Origin: a virus
Lineage: Duplodnaviria > Caudoviricetes
IMG/VR virus record: IMGVR_UViG_3300021364_000005
Length of the DNA stretch: 64,000 bases
Reading direction: 5' to 3' (one strand)
Under the pieces are notes generated by a model. The model was not told the DNA's origin. It was given only the letters and a program-made list of their open reading frames with translations, and ran no database searches. Positions 30,701 to 42,900 of this stretch are shown here, in pieces (positions within the stretch are counted from its first letter, which is position 1; every line of letters begins with the position of its first letter). A program made the position numbers and the translations under genes.

Positions 30701-33700
30701 TCAATAACGTTATCGCCTGCTAAAACTTCATCAGCAGGAATATTTTCAAATAACGTAATTCTTTCTTCAAATTCATCTAGTGTATAGTTGTTGTTTGTTC
30801 TAATCGGAGGAATAAGATCAGGATTAATTTTACCACTAGAGTTAAGTTGCACAACTGCTCCTGGAACAGCACTTGATGTAACTTGTTTGTCAAGGAAGTC
30901 ACCTAGCCTGTTATTCATAAATGAACGTTGTGCTAATTGTGTTGTTAAACGTCCATGACTTGCACCGCCAGGATCGTTATCACCTAATGTAACATCAGTA
31001 GAAATTGCTTCAATAGTAACATCCGATAAACTTAACTGCAAACTATCTAGCTGTGCAATACTCACTTTGTTTGTAAATGTAACATTACCAGTTCTGTTTT
31101 GGGCAGTAATAAATTTACCAACTTTAAAATCACCTAGTTCGGTTGTACCTGATGTATAAACACGACCTGGTAGATCTTCGTATTGCTCATACTCTGCATT
31201 TCCTTGTCCGCCATTTACTGGCATAGCATTATAATCTGTACCAGAACCTGCATATTCCCATGTGTGAGCAGATGAATTAACAATTGAAGGTCTGTGCAAG
31301 AATATTTGGAAGCCCGGTAATAATGCAATATTATCAATACTACCGGCAGTTTTTGTGCTTCTCATTAATAATGTTGCACTATATAAGTCTGTTCTGTCTG
31401 TTACACTTGAAATTCCAATATCTGTAGTACCGTCAGCATCAACATCTATTGTGCTATCTGCTGTGAATTTTACATAACTTGTTACTCCAGAAACAACAAC
31501 TTGGTTTATACTTACAACAAGTGTGTTAGTAGTATTGTCCCAACTATACACATATGCATTATTAGTATTTCCGCTAACAGTTCCAGTTATCTCTTGTCCG
31601 ACTGTAAAGTTATAACTACCAGCATCTAAAACAATAGTTTGGTATGTTGCATGAGGTTTTTTAATTTCGTTAATATAAAACTCTTCATCACCTGAAATAA
31701 ATTTATGTGTTCCTGATGATGTAGATCCTAGTTCGGCTAAATTTGTTAATTCTTCATCTTCAAATAATTTAAATTCATCAGTATTAATTAGACTAACATA
31801 GTAATAAGTTTCATCGTAAATTCCAAATATATCCGGATTTCCGTTACTATCATATCTAACTCTATCACCATTAGACAGTCCGTGTGCAGTAATTACAAAC
31901 TTGTTATTTGCTGTGTCAACAGTTGTGCTATTTGCACTAAAAGTTTTTGTTGTTGTGCTTGATTTGAAATTGTCTGTAACATCAACATCACTAGAGTTAA
32001 CAAATCTTGTAACAAAATGTTCTACAGGAGGTCTTTGAAATCCAATTACATCAAATGTTTGGAACACACCATCTACACCATTAGTTGCAATAATACCTCT
32101 ATCAAATTCAAAAGCTGTAGTTCTAAAACCTCCTGCACGTAATGCATATGTACCAAAGTTTGTTGCAGAGTTTGTAATAGATAGATAGCCGCCCGATTGA
32201 GCATATGATCCATTTTTACAGAAAATTTGGAAGCAACTAACAATTTGCGAATATGCTTCATTCCTTACTCTATAACCAGTTCCGTTAAATGATAGAATAG
32301 TAAATGCATTACCTACCATTGATGGGTTTTGTACTGGAGCATCACCTGCTACTGGATTTTCAGATTCAATTTGATTTGCAGGTGTGTTAGGACTGAATAT
32401 CTTGGCACCATCAACATCGCATCCATTGCCACCCAAGAAAGAAATGATAGAACAGTTTTGCACATATGGCGATACTGTAATAAGTGGTTTTTGTATTGGT
32501 AAGTCTGGATATTCGTGTCTACTTAATGTAAAATCTTCTACATCATCAAATGCAACAGCAAACGCATAAGTTCCGATAGGAACACCACTTGAATTTAGTT
32601 TATCTCTAAATGTAAATCCGCTCATATATGTAGCATTACGCAAACGGAAAATATCTTTTTGTAAATTTTGAGGGCGTATAACTACTGCACGTAAGGCATC
32701 TCCCATAATACAAACGTTATCAGGAATTATAATTGGATTGTCTTCCAAATATTCACCTGTACCAATTTTAATTGTAATTAGATTTACATTGTATTCACCG
32801 TATACGGTTGTACTAGCTTGTCCTACTCCTAAGTTTAGAATTGTTATTGTTTCGTCCCACAGATCGTCATGTGCTGTTTTTGAACTTGCGCCGTCGTCGT
32901 ACGAATTATCAGTTACTTGTGTTACTGTGCTTTGGAAAGGAGCATTTGTGTTACCGTCTTGATCATCAGTTAGTGCTATATTCCTAATAATATCGCCAGC
33001 AATATGTTTTGCATATTCTAACGCTGCAACAGTTTGAGCTTTTTGGTTATTAATAACTTCTTCAGTTGATGTTGTACCTCTGTAGTAACTTTTACCTGCC
33101 TCGATAGATTTTGCATTTCCGCCATATTTTAAATCATAAATTACAGCTTCAACAATATAACCTGTGTCTCTTTCACAAGTTGTACTATCATATGTAAAAT
33201 TTTCCCAAATACTTCCTGTAGTTGCATTAGTAATTTGGTAATCAATATATGCAATAACTTCTTTTTGTATAAATGTTTTGTTTAAAGTTAAAAGTTGTAT
33301 AACATCATTTTTTGTATCTGTAACTGCTGTTTTTGGAACATAAACATTTTCACTAGCAATTAGTGCAGCTTTCTTAATTGTTGCAACTGGTTTTAAAAAT
33401 CCATCGTTGGTATCATCGCCTAAGACACTATCTACATAAATCATGTTTGATGTTATACCAGGATTATTAAATGACAAGTTTCCACTACCGTCAGTTGTTA
33501 GAACTTGTCCTGCACTACCTGCGTTAGGAGGCAATTTAAAATTGTATGTGCTAGTGATACTATCTGGTACAGTAATTACAACACCATTGGTTCCGTTGGC
33601 GCTACCTTCCCTAATTGTTATAGTATTATTATCTTCAACAACTACAGGAACTTTTATATTCATTGCTGCTGCTGTTACCTCAGCAACGTTAGAACCATCT

Positions 33701-33921
33701 GCTTCAAATACAACTATTCCGTTAGCACCGCTTTCGTCAATGCTAACACTTGTATCTCCATCATGGATTTGTTTTGTTATTTCTCTTACTGTGCTGTCGG
33801 ACTTTTTCATAAACAACTTGCCATCGGCTGTGTTTAATGCTAATTGTCCTTCGTCCATTTGTGCAGCAGTAGGTGCTCTACCTGCAACGCTAGAACGTAA
33901 ATGTTTTATCTTACTTGCCAT
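27730..33921 (-). CDS. 2063-aa tail fibre/tailspike-like protein with T4 gp37-like N-terminus and beta-helix domain
   Basis: N-terminus IKHLRSSVAGRAPTAAQMDEGQLALNTADGKLF resembles T4 gp37 IQFKRSK.AG.RPAAS.LAEGELAINL.D. Also IKIGTGEYLEDNPI.IP.NVCIMGD.LR, SPYVQNCS, HTWEYAGSG...GRVYTSGTTELGDFKVG, and three HG...G..(V/I)...........G......Y(Y/F).....D.F.(L/V) small barrels. Confidence 0.85.
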   Translation of the reverse strand: MASKIKHLRSSVAGRAPTAAQMDEGQLALNTADGKLFMKKSDSTVREITKQIHDGDTSVSIDESGANGIVVFEADGSNVAEVTAAAMNIKVPVVVEDNNTITIREGSANGTNGVVITVPDSITSTYNFKLPPNAGSAGQVLTTDGSGNLSFNNPGITSNMIYVDSVLGDDTNDGFLKPVATIKKAALIASENVYVPKTAVTDTKNDVIQLLTLNKTFIQKEVIAYIDYQITNATTGSIWENFTYDSTTCERDTGYIVEAVIYDLKYGGNAKSIEAGKSYYRGTTSTEEVINNQKAQTVAALEYAKHIAGDIIRNIALTDDQDGNTNAPFQSTVTQVTDNSYDDGASSKTAHDDLWDETITILNLGVGQASTTVYGEYNVNLITIKIGTGEYLEDNPIIIPDNVCIMGDALRAVVIRPQNLQKDIFRLRNATYMSGFTFRDKLNSSGVPIGTYAFAVAFDDVEDFTLSRHEYPDLPIQKPLITVSPYVQNCSIISFLGGNGCDVDGAKIFSPNTPANQIESENPVAGDAPVQNPSMVGNAFTILSFNGTGYRVRNEAYSQIVSCFQIFCKNGSYAQSGGYLSITNSATNFGTYALRAGGFRTTAFEFDRGIIATNGVDGVFQTFDVIGFQRPPVEHFVTRFVNSSDVDVTDNFKSSTTTKTFSANSTTVDTANNKFVITAHGLSNGDRVRYDSNGNPDIFGIYDETYYYVSLINTDEFKLFEDEELTNLAELGSTSSGTHKFISGDEEFYINEIKKPHATYQTIVLDAGSYNFTVGQEITGTVSGNTNNAYVYSWDNTTNTLVVSINQVVVSGVTSYVKFTADSTIDVDADGTTDIGISSVTDRTDLYSATLLMRSTKTAGSIDNIALLPGFQIFLHRPSIVNSSAHTWEYAGSGTDYNAMPVNGGQGNAEYEQYEDLPGRVYTSGTTELGDFKVGKFITAQNRTGNVTFTNKVSIAQLDSLQLSLSDVTIEAISTDVTLGDNDPGGASHGRLTTQLAQRSFMNNRLGDFLDKQVTSSAVPGAVVQLNSSGKINPDLIPPIRTNNNYTLDEFEERITLFENIPADEVLAGDNVIEAYNQEVLTLSGNITVAKGETITQANSGATGIVKAAVTADSSVTLVKGTGTFTTNAADTLTASTAGALSVYPTVASGSVSTQDNYFLSDDSESQFLIVEDPEDSTVHNFVVGSRVQGANTLAEGDITEYREGVATFTNTNTLPSGSGYGTAGIYTNVTLTGGTGSGAKADITVDGTGTVTVVDLVRGGTGYTAGDTLSASDSDLGGRSGGSAFTVDISQVENRLYVDLAGNFVKFEASATTNEFIQDNNATTQTVNQAAFSTITFSANAVNNEIDYTTDIITNTSHGLTNGDPIEYNANGNTEIGNLENGVVYFAKVIDSDNFEVYTSYDLAEANQVDFGSSSTGNHVFRLRNISVNGDRIYLPAHGYTAGTPVKITGDTLPTGITSGNFFFIGSVTTNSFTLHTLRNDAQESVNGVTQSAVDITAVNTGTLSLREQNVKITGTINTSSRNLDNYSSLNSLNIDATNIVSGIISATRLGTGTANQNTALYGDGTFKRTIRSMTVTDGNPISLVGDSVTEGGEEKFFGEVNIEVDPVDPTAGDVTYTNLGVAAFNKSQFSITADGEISITSTADGGALDASTLNGQAGSYYLNPENNTRAMPITKGGTNLTGYTAGDMLYAASNLSLNSDSLNTLAIGPAGYVLKSNGSIPEWSNSITLGALELDDLIVDTDTLYVDGTEHRIGVNTTSPQITVDINATDSIRIPVGTTVQRPASPVDGYMRYNSTINSFEGYSGNSWVNLQSARDVDGDTFITAEDSPGADNDTLKFYTNNVLAAELTESGFTKLNVSDIEINSSYITTTVSNSNLELRAAGTGTVDIQNQLTADAGAIIEGDVTINEAGASYDFRVESNAQTHALFVDGSADSVGIQTSTPKAPLQVQDVAMDTETTSASGTSTAKVAEWAVADFRTAKVLIQVTDSTNGEYQAQEMLIIHDSSNNAGVKSTEYAILFTGSAALAAFSTQVSGGNIELLSTPNTANTLVYKVAKTMITV

Positions 33922-33989
33922 TACAATTTCCTATATAGTGTGGGTCAGGTCCTAAGACGCCCGTTGGTCAAAAGTATTTTATGTATTTA
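33922..33989 (-). promoter_or_regulatory. Late promoter GTAAATA and GC-rich hairpin leader of the 2063-aa fibre gene
   Basis: GGTAAATA...GGG C GTC TTAG GAC CTGA CCC ACACTATATAGGAAATTGTA ATG. Confidence 0.5.
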
Positions 33990-33995
33990 CCGCAT

Positions 33996-36900
33996 TTAGA
34001 AAGTACCTTCGTCAATTACGTCTGTCCAAACAGGCGTTCCGTTTGAATCTGTAGTTAAAATCTCGTTTGAAGTTGTAGCATCGCTTGTTCCAGCTGCTGC
34101 TGTTACTTGGACTGCACTTGTTCCATTACCATAAAGTATACCTTTTGCTGTAAATGAACTTACTCCTGTACCGCCGTGTTCAACTGCTAGATCACCGGTT
34201 GTAACAATACTGTTTACTGTTAAGTCTTGTGCGTATATGTTGTTAAATTCTGCATCACCAGCTGTTCCACTAAACACTTCAGAAGTATTTGTTGAATCTG
34301 GTTTGAATGTAAATCTACCAGTAGACTCGTCAAATCCGAAGAATCCTAATTTCGCTGCTGTTCCGTTATGCCAACGGAACTCAATACCTTTATCCTTAGC
34401 ATCATTTACTGTAGGAGCAGTGTTGCCACCTAGTGTAAACACAGGATCATCAATAGTAACTGTTGTACTATCTACAGTAGTTGTTGTGCCTTGTACAGTT
34501 AAGTTACCTGCAATAGTTACTGTTCCGCCGCTGCCTGCTGTATCAGGATCTATTGTAATTGCACCAGTTGTTGAACCAATTGTACCGCCATTAATATTAA
34601 TATCATCGATATTTGCTTCGCCGGTAACATCTAATGTGCCTACTAGTGTTAAAGTGTTACTTGCAAATGTTAGATTGCTATCATCTACAAGTCTTCCGTC
34701 AACACCTGCAAATGTAATTCTGCTTTGTGTTAAATCTTCAACTTTTGCTTGAGCAAGTGTAGCAAGTCCGTCAACATCTATTGTTGTTGATACTGTAACA
34801 TCTCCTGTAACTGCTAAAGTTGTACCATCAAATGTTAAGTTACCACTATCTTCTATTTCACCAGCTGTGCCTGCTAGTACAACTCTACCTGCTGTTAAGT
34901 CACTTATTTTAGCACTTGACATAGTTGTTGCTGCTAATGTACTTGCACCAGTAACTCCGAATGTTCCTGATATAGCAGCATCGCCTGTTATGTTTGTGCT
35001 GTCTTGTAATTCAATTGTTCCTGCGCCATTTGTTCTTAATTCAAGATCAGTTGCACTTACAGTAGTTTGTATAACGTTTGTATCAATTAAAATATCACCA
35101 ACATCTACTCTATTTGAATATGTAGTATCATTATACATATCCATCATAGTTGATGTGCCTGGCATATGCACCATTATACCGTTATCGTGTGTGCTAACTG
35201 TTGCATAGCCTAAGTAAATTGAACTACCGTTTAGATATAGATCGTTCCAGCGTAAATCGCTTGTTCCTAAATCGTATGTGTTAGTTGCACTAGGAACAAT
35301 GTTACTATCAACTCTACCACCAAATGTAATTGTTTGAGCTGTTGTTGCACCTAAATCAACATTACCATTAATTTGTGTATTACCTGTAATTGTTGCTGCT
35401 GCGTCAACTGTTAACAAAGAACTTGCAAAAGTTAATTGTGCGCTATCTTCGATAGTACCGCCTGTTCCAGCTAGTACTACTCTGCCAGCTGTTAGATTTG
35501 TAATATCTATGCCTGGGAATGTTGCACTTGATCCTGCACTTACTTGTGGTACAGTAAGAGTAGTTCCATCAAATGTAAAGTTTGCACTATCAGTAAGAGA
35601 ACCATTTGTGCCAGCAAATGTTACTCTACCTGCTGTTAGATCTGAAACAGTTGCACTTGCAAGAGTTGCTTCACCGGTTACACCTAATGTTCCGCCAACT
35701 GCTGTGTTTCCGTTTGCACTTGTAACTGTAAATGCGTTTGACCCTACAACAAATGTTGTTCCATCGTAGGTTAAGTTTGCACTTCCTTCAAGCTCACCAT
35801 TAGTACCAGGTACAACAATTTGATTGCTTGTTAGGTCTTCAACATTTAAACTTGCTAAGGTTGCTTGTCCATTAACATCAAATGTGCCGCTTACAGTAGC
35901 ATCTCCAGTTATATTTGTACTGTCAATTAATTCAATAGTGCCAGTACCTGCTACTGTCAATTCTAAGTTTGCATTACTTGCTGTTGTTCTAATTTGATTT
36001 CCGCTGATTGTTATATCATCTAATTCAATAGTATTTGAACCTAATATAGTACCACCAACTGTTAGCGCACCTGCGATACTAAAGTCGCCTGTTACGCCGC
36101 CTATGTTGATATCATTTCCTGGCTTAAATGAATCTGACTTTGCTTCATATATTAAAACTTGTCCGTCAATAATATTAGTTGTGTCAACATCAACTAAATC
36201 GTTTATTTCAGGTGTTACATTTTCAAATGCTGTACCCAATGTACCTGCAAATGTGTAAGCAGCTCTATCCGGAGTAACATAGTTTGTTGCACCATAACGA
36301 GCAGCAGTTGTAACTCTAAAGTCATCAATGTTACCATTTACATATCCTGCACTGCCATTAGTACCATCATTACCACCGATATTCCAATCCGTAGCAGTAA
36401 GATCTGTTGCATAAGTTGCACTTGTGCTTAGAGTTCCGTTAATATGTCTATAAAGTGTACCATTGTCTCTTGTAAAACTTACGTAATACCATGTGTTCGG
36501 AGTCAATGAAGTAGCAGTCATTATGTTACCTGTAGAGTCTGTAACTGCTAAACTTCCGCTTATTTGAAACTCTGTAGCATCATTTGCAGAGTAAATATAA
36601 CCTTGTACACTGCTATCATGATAGATCCAAAAATCAATAGTAAAGTCACTTGTACCAATTGCTGTTCTAGTTACGCTAAGGTAGTCGTCTGTACCGTCTA
36701 ATAGTAAACTACCTGTACCAAACTTTTTAGTTGCTTGTGTAATTTGTGCATCACCATTTGCAGTAATTGTTCCTGCTACAGTACTTTCGTCTAAGAACGA
36801 TGTGCTGGCTTCTGATCCGTTTGCTGGAATCAATAACAGTGTATTTGCATACTCAACATCACCAAATGATCCACCGTAACGTAGATATTGCCCCGGTTTA

Positions 36901-39900
36901 ATATCAGCAATAGTAACATCACCAATTCCGTCTACACTTGCCGCTGCTAAGTCAGTTGTAAAATCTGCTGTTTTGTATGTTGTTACACTAAATTCACCGC
37001 TTGTACTGTTGTATGATAAATCGCCTGCTGCACTTAATGCAGATCTTGCTCTTGCATCTGTAAAGTATAAATTTGTAGATCCTTCACTTAGTGCATCTGT
37101 ATCATGATTTGAAATATCACTTACTGTTCCTGTTACATTTCCTGTTACATTTCCTACTAAGTTAGTTGCAAGCGACTTGTTCATTGCCCAACGATCGTTT
37201 GTACTATCATATGTAAATGTAGCAGTGCCGTCTGTACCTAGATCAGCAGTAATACCTGCACCATTTGCAGCAGTAGCATCTGCACTGCCGTTTGCAATAG
37301 TAATGTTTATATCGTCAACAACTAGTTCTGTAGAATTTACAGTTGTAGTTGTACCACTAACTGTTAAGTTTCCAGTAACAGTTAAGTTACCTGCTGCACT
37401 AATATTAGTTGCTGTAATATCGTCTGAGTTAAGAGATCCATTTACTGTAACATCATTAAATGTAACATTATCAGTTGTACCTACAGCTTGGCCAATACTT
37501 ATTTCACCATTACTTATAGAAACACCAGTTCCTGCACTTAGATCATTTAAAGTAACAAAATTTGTTACAGTGTTATCAAAACCTATTTCGCCAGTTGTAT
37601 TATTGTAAGTTATACCAGTTGTAGTATCTGCGCTAATTAGTCCTCGTACTTCAGCATCTGTACGTTCTGTAAAGCTAACAATACCAGTATTAGCATCATA
37701 TGCTAGATCACCACCTGCACTAATATGAGCTCTTACTTCTGCTGCACTTGGTCCGGTATATGTAAACGCACCAGTTGCACTGTCGTAAGTCATGCTACCG
37801 TCGCCGCCAGCATCTGTAAGCGATATTGCGCTTCTTGCTCTTGTATTTGTGAAGTAGATGTTAGTTGAGCCTTCAGATAAATCATCACTAGTTTTGTTTC
37901 CAAAATCAGTGTTAAAATCTGCTGTTTTGTATGTTGTTACACTAAATTCGCCTGTTGCTTGTGTATAAGTTAAGTCTCCGCTTGCGCTAAAATGTGCTCT
38001 AACTTCAGTTGAGCTAGGCCCTGTATATGTAAACGCACCAGTTGCACTATCATACGTCATGCTGCCGTCACCACCAGCATCAGTTAAACTAATTGCACTT
38101 CTTACTCTTGTGTCAGTGTAATATAAATTTGTAGAACCTTCTGATAAATCATCTGTTGTATGATTGCTTATGTCTGATACTGTTCCTGTAACATTTCCTG
38201 AAAGTGTAGCATAAACTGTACCAAACTGTGCATCACCTAAATCTCCAGTGAATACTTCTGAAGTATTAGTTGCATTTGGAATAAAGCTAAAACGTCCTGT
38301 GCCTTCATCAAGTCCAAAGAACCCAGTCTTTGCTGCTGTATCCCACCATAAGAATTCAATACCCCTGTCTTTGCCGTCACTTGAACTTAGTCCACTTACT
38401 CCAACTCTTAATACCGGATCTTCAGTTGTTGTAACTGTAGATTCAACAGTTGTTGTAGTACCTTGTACTGTAAGATTACCTGCAACAGTCAATCCGTTGC
38501 TTATAGTTACATCATCAATATATGCATTTGCAAAATATTTTGTTGTGCTACCTAGATCAATTGCACTGTCAGCGTTTGGTACTAGATTACCTAACAGTGT
38601 TGCATTACTGAAATTAACTGTATCGCTTGCGGCATCATTGCCAATCACAACATTACCGTTTAGTGTTGTTACACCACTTACAGTTAGTGTTCCTGTGATA
38701 TCTGTGTTTGTTAAATTACTGTCACCGGTAACATTTAAAACACCGCCTATTGTGGCTTGGCCACTTGTTTCAAACGGGCTACCTACTACACTTACAGAAC
38801 CAGTTCCTGCTGCACGTAGTTCCAAATCAGTGTTTGTATTATATGTTTCGATAATATTATCATCTATGCGTATTTGATCTGTTTCAATAATTGCAGAACT
38901 AATTGTACCACTTGCATTAATGTCTACACCACTTAGTGTTGCATATGTTAAAGTTCCACCTGCTGTAATGTTACCTGTAACAACTAAGTTACGACCAATT
39001 GTTGCATCTTGTGTAACTGTTAAATTATTGCCAATAGTAACATCGTCAGTAAGAGCTACTGTAAATGCATTATCACTTACTGTTACACCTATTTCGTTTG
39101 CTGTTCCGTTTACAGTTAATGTTTCGGTAAGTAAATCAATTGTTGTTGAATTTGTACCGTCAGTAATATCTAATGTCTCTACAAGAGCAGCAGTTGATGC
39201 TGCTGTTACTCTACCATAAACATCAATTGTTAGTACCGGTATTGCAGTTGCACTACCATATGTACCGCTTGGATCAGCGCCTAGTGCGTCTAAAGCAAAT
39301 GTTACTTCGTTGTTTGAAACTGTACTTGCAAGTCCTGTGCCACCTGTAAATGTAAGTGTTTCACCGCCTGCTACTGTATCAGTTGTTGATCCGTCAGTAA
39401 TATCAAAACTTGTTGCAATAGCTTGTGTTGTGACTGCTGTTACACGCCCTTGTGCATCAACTGTAATAACAGGTACTGCTGTATTAGACCCGTATGATGC
39501 TGCTGTAACTCCAGTTGCTGGTAGGCTTAGTACAGGTGTACTTCCTTCACCAGTTCCTCCTGTCACAGTAATATGTCCAGATGTTGCACTAATTGATTCT
39601 ACATAATCGCCTGTAGTATCTGTACCTAGTGTTAGCGATCCTGGATTGAAAACAGTGTTAAATTGTACATCGCCAGTTCCGTCAAAAGTTATGCCGGTTG
39701 CAGTAACATCTCCTACCATACTAAACGTTCTAGCAGTTGCTAATGCAGTTGCAGTATCAGCATTTCCTGTTAAATTACCAGTAACATCTCCTGTTACATT
39801 TCCTGTAAAAGTAGCATCTGTTCCATCAGTGCCGCTTTCTAGTACTTTATTAGTTCCGTCTGCTGCATATATGTCGCCAATGATATTACCAGTTAGATAG

Positions 39901-42900
39901 TTTGTTCCGATACTTAACGACTTATTAAATTCGATACGTTGATTTGCATGGCTCCATGTCATCGACGCATCGCCGTTTGTACCTAAATCAATAGTAAGTC
40001 CTGCACCGTTTGCAGTAGAACTATCTGTTGTTCCTTTAGCAACAGTTATGTTTACATCGTCAACATCTAGTGTTGTGCTGTTAATTGTTGTAGTTGCACC
40101 GTTAACTGTTAAGTTACCTGTAATTACAACATTACCACTTGCTGTAACAGTTGTTGCTGTAATATCATCAGTGTTAAGTGTTCCACTTACATTAACATTA
40201 TTAAATGTAACATCGTCTGTTGTACCAACAGACTGTCCAATTGCTATTGTAGGAGTAGCAGCTTCGCCTGTGTTATTTGTAATTGTTACACCTGTGCCAG
40301 CTACTAATGATTCTACATAATCACCTGTAGTATCTGTTCCTAATTCTAATGCTCCCGGGTTGAAAACTGTAGTAAGCTCTACGTTTCCTGTTCCGTCAAA
40401 TGTTACACCAGTTGCTGTAATATCGCCTGTTAAGCTAAACGTTCTTGCGGTTTCTAGTGCAGTTGCAGTATCTGCATTACCTGTTAAATCACCTGTTACG
40501 TTACCAGTAAATGTTGCAGGAGTTGTTGTACCATCTCCGCCATCAAGTACTTTAGTTGTGCCGTTACTTGCAAATACATCCCCTGTTAAGTTACCAACAA
40601 CGTTACCAACAACGTTACCTGTTACATTACCTGTTACGTTTCCTGTAAGTGCTCCTGTAATTCCGTTAGATGCTGCAAGTGTTGTAAAGGAACCAGCAGC
40701 AGGTGTAGTACCACCTATTATAGTTCCATCTATTGCACCACCATTTATGTCTACAGTTGTGAAAGTACTTGTACCGGTTGAAGTGATATTACCTGTTACA
40801 TTACCTGTTACGTTTCCTGTAACATCACCTGTTAATGCGCCTGTAAATGTAGCGTCAGTGCCATCTGTACCGTTTTGAACAACAATACTTGTTCCGTCGG
40901 CTGCTAATACATCACCTATAAGATTACCTGTTACGTTACCTGTTACGTTACCAGTAGTATTACCTGTTAAGTTACCTTCAAATGTTGCTGCTTTTACGGT
41001 TTGATAAACAGGCGTACCAGCTGTATCTACAAATTCAAACTTGTCGTCAGTTTCATTCCACTGTATAACAACATCAACTAGTGATCCTCTGTTTATTAAT
41101 AATCCTGCATCTTGTGTAGGTGCAGTTCCTGATCCTAAGTTACTGTTTAGTTCTATTATATTGTCTGCCAATTTAATAGTTTCAGTATTAACAGTTGTAG
41201 TTGTGCCGTTGACTGTAAGGTCGCCTGTGATTATGACGTTTCCACTTGCTGTAACTGTTGTTGCTGTTAAATCATCAGTGCTTAATGTTCCACCAACAGT
41301 AACATTGTTAAATTCAACATCGTCTGTAGTACCAACAGCCTGTCCGATTTCTATAGTTGCAGTTGAGCCTTCGCTAGGTGTATGTGTAATTGTAACACCT
41401 GTTCCTGCTGTTAAATCTACAAGATAATTTCCAGTAGTATCCGTTCCAAGTGCTACACTATTTGGTTGAATAGTGGTTGCTAAGTTAAAGTTTGCACTAC
41501 CGTCAAAACTTGCTGTACCTTGAACATCTCCAGTGAGGTTGATGCTTCTAGCTGTTGCCCATTTACTTGCTTCTGATGCAAGTCCTGTAAACACAGCATC
41601 AGTGCCATCTGTACCATTTTCTAATATTTTTGTACCGTCATCTGCATATATGTCGCCTGTAATATCACCTGATATTGTTGCTGTGACTATATTGTTAATT
41701 GCGTCAACAAGTAATGTGCTATCGTCACCAAATACACTACCTTTGAGGTCACCTACTACACTACCAGTTACATTACCGGTTAAGTCTCCAGTTACATTAC
41801 CAGTTACATTACCAGTGACGTTACCTGTTACGTTACCAGTGACACTACCAGTAAATGAAGCATCAGTACCGTCAGTTCCAGCATCAAGAACTGTTGTCCC
41901 AGTAGGTGCTTTTACATCTGCTTTAATAAATGCATCTGTTCCATCAGTACCGTTATCTAGTATAGTTTGTCCGCCACTTGATTTAACATCACCTTGCAAA
42001 TTACCTATAAACAAAGTAGTTGTTAGTTCGTTGCCTAAAGGATTATATGTAAGTCCTGTGTCAGTTTCTATACCTTGAGCACCACTTACACCGTCTACAA
42101 AAGTAAGATATACTGTTTCATTTGTAGCATTGTTTGCAGTAGCAGTTATTTCAGTTGCTAGGCTTGCTGTTCCTGTTAAATCAGCAGTAATTGTGCCAGC
42201 AGCAAAGTTACCGCTTGCATCTCTAAATACTGTTGTGCTGCCTGTATTAGATGCTGTTGCGTCAGAAGTAATTGTATATTGTGTTCCTTCGCCAGCTGTA
42301 CCTGTGATTGTTAAACCATTGCCGCTTACACTAACATCTTGTGCATAGTTTCCTGTTGTATCTGTACCAAGTGCTACACTATCTGGTTGTATTGTAAGTG
42401 CAATATTCCCTACGTCTGCACTTCCGTCAATACTAAATGTGCCGGTTACATCACCACCTGCAAATGTTACTGATCTTGCTGTTGCCCAGTTTGCTGCGGT
42501 TCCGCTAACGTTACCTGTTACATTACCAGTAAGGTTTGCATAAACCATTCCAAATTCTGCATCACCTCTAGTTCCTGTGAAGTTTTCACTAGTATTTGTC
42601 GCATCAGGTATAAAAGTAAATCTGTTAGTTGCGTTATCCCATCCAAAGAATCCAGTTTTAGCAGCTATGCCTGTATGGTAAAGGAATTCACTACCTCTGT
42701 CTTTACCATCGTTAGATGTAAGTGAACTTACACCTAATCTAATAACAGGATCTTCTAAAGTAACAACAGTTGTATCAACAGTTGTAGTAGATCCACTTAC
42801 AGTTAAATTACCTGTAACTGTTAAATCGTTTCCTACAGTTAAGTTTGTATTAACATTTACACTATTAGGTAATCCAATTTTAACTTGATTGTTCGAAACT

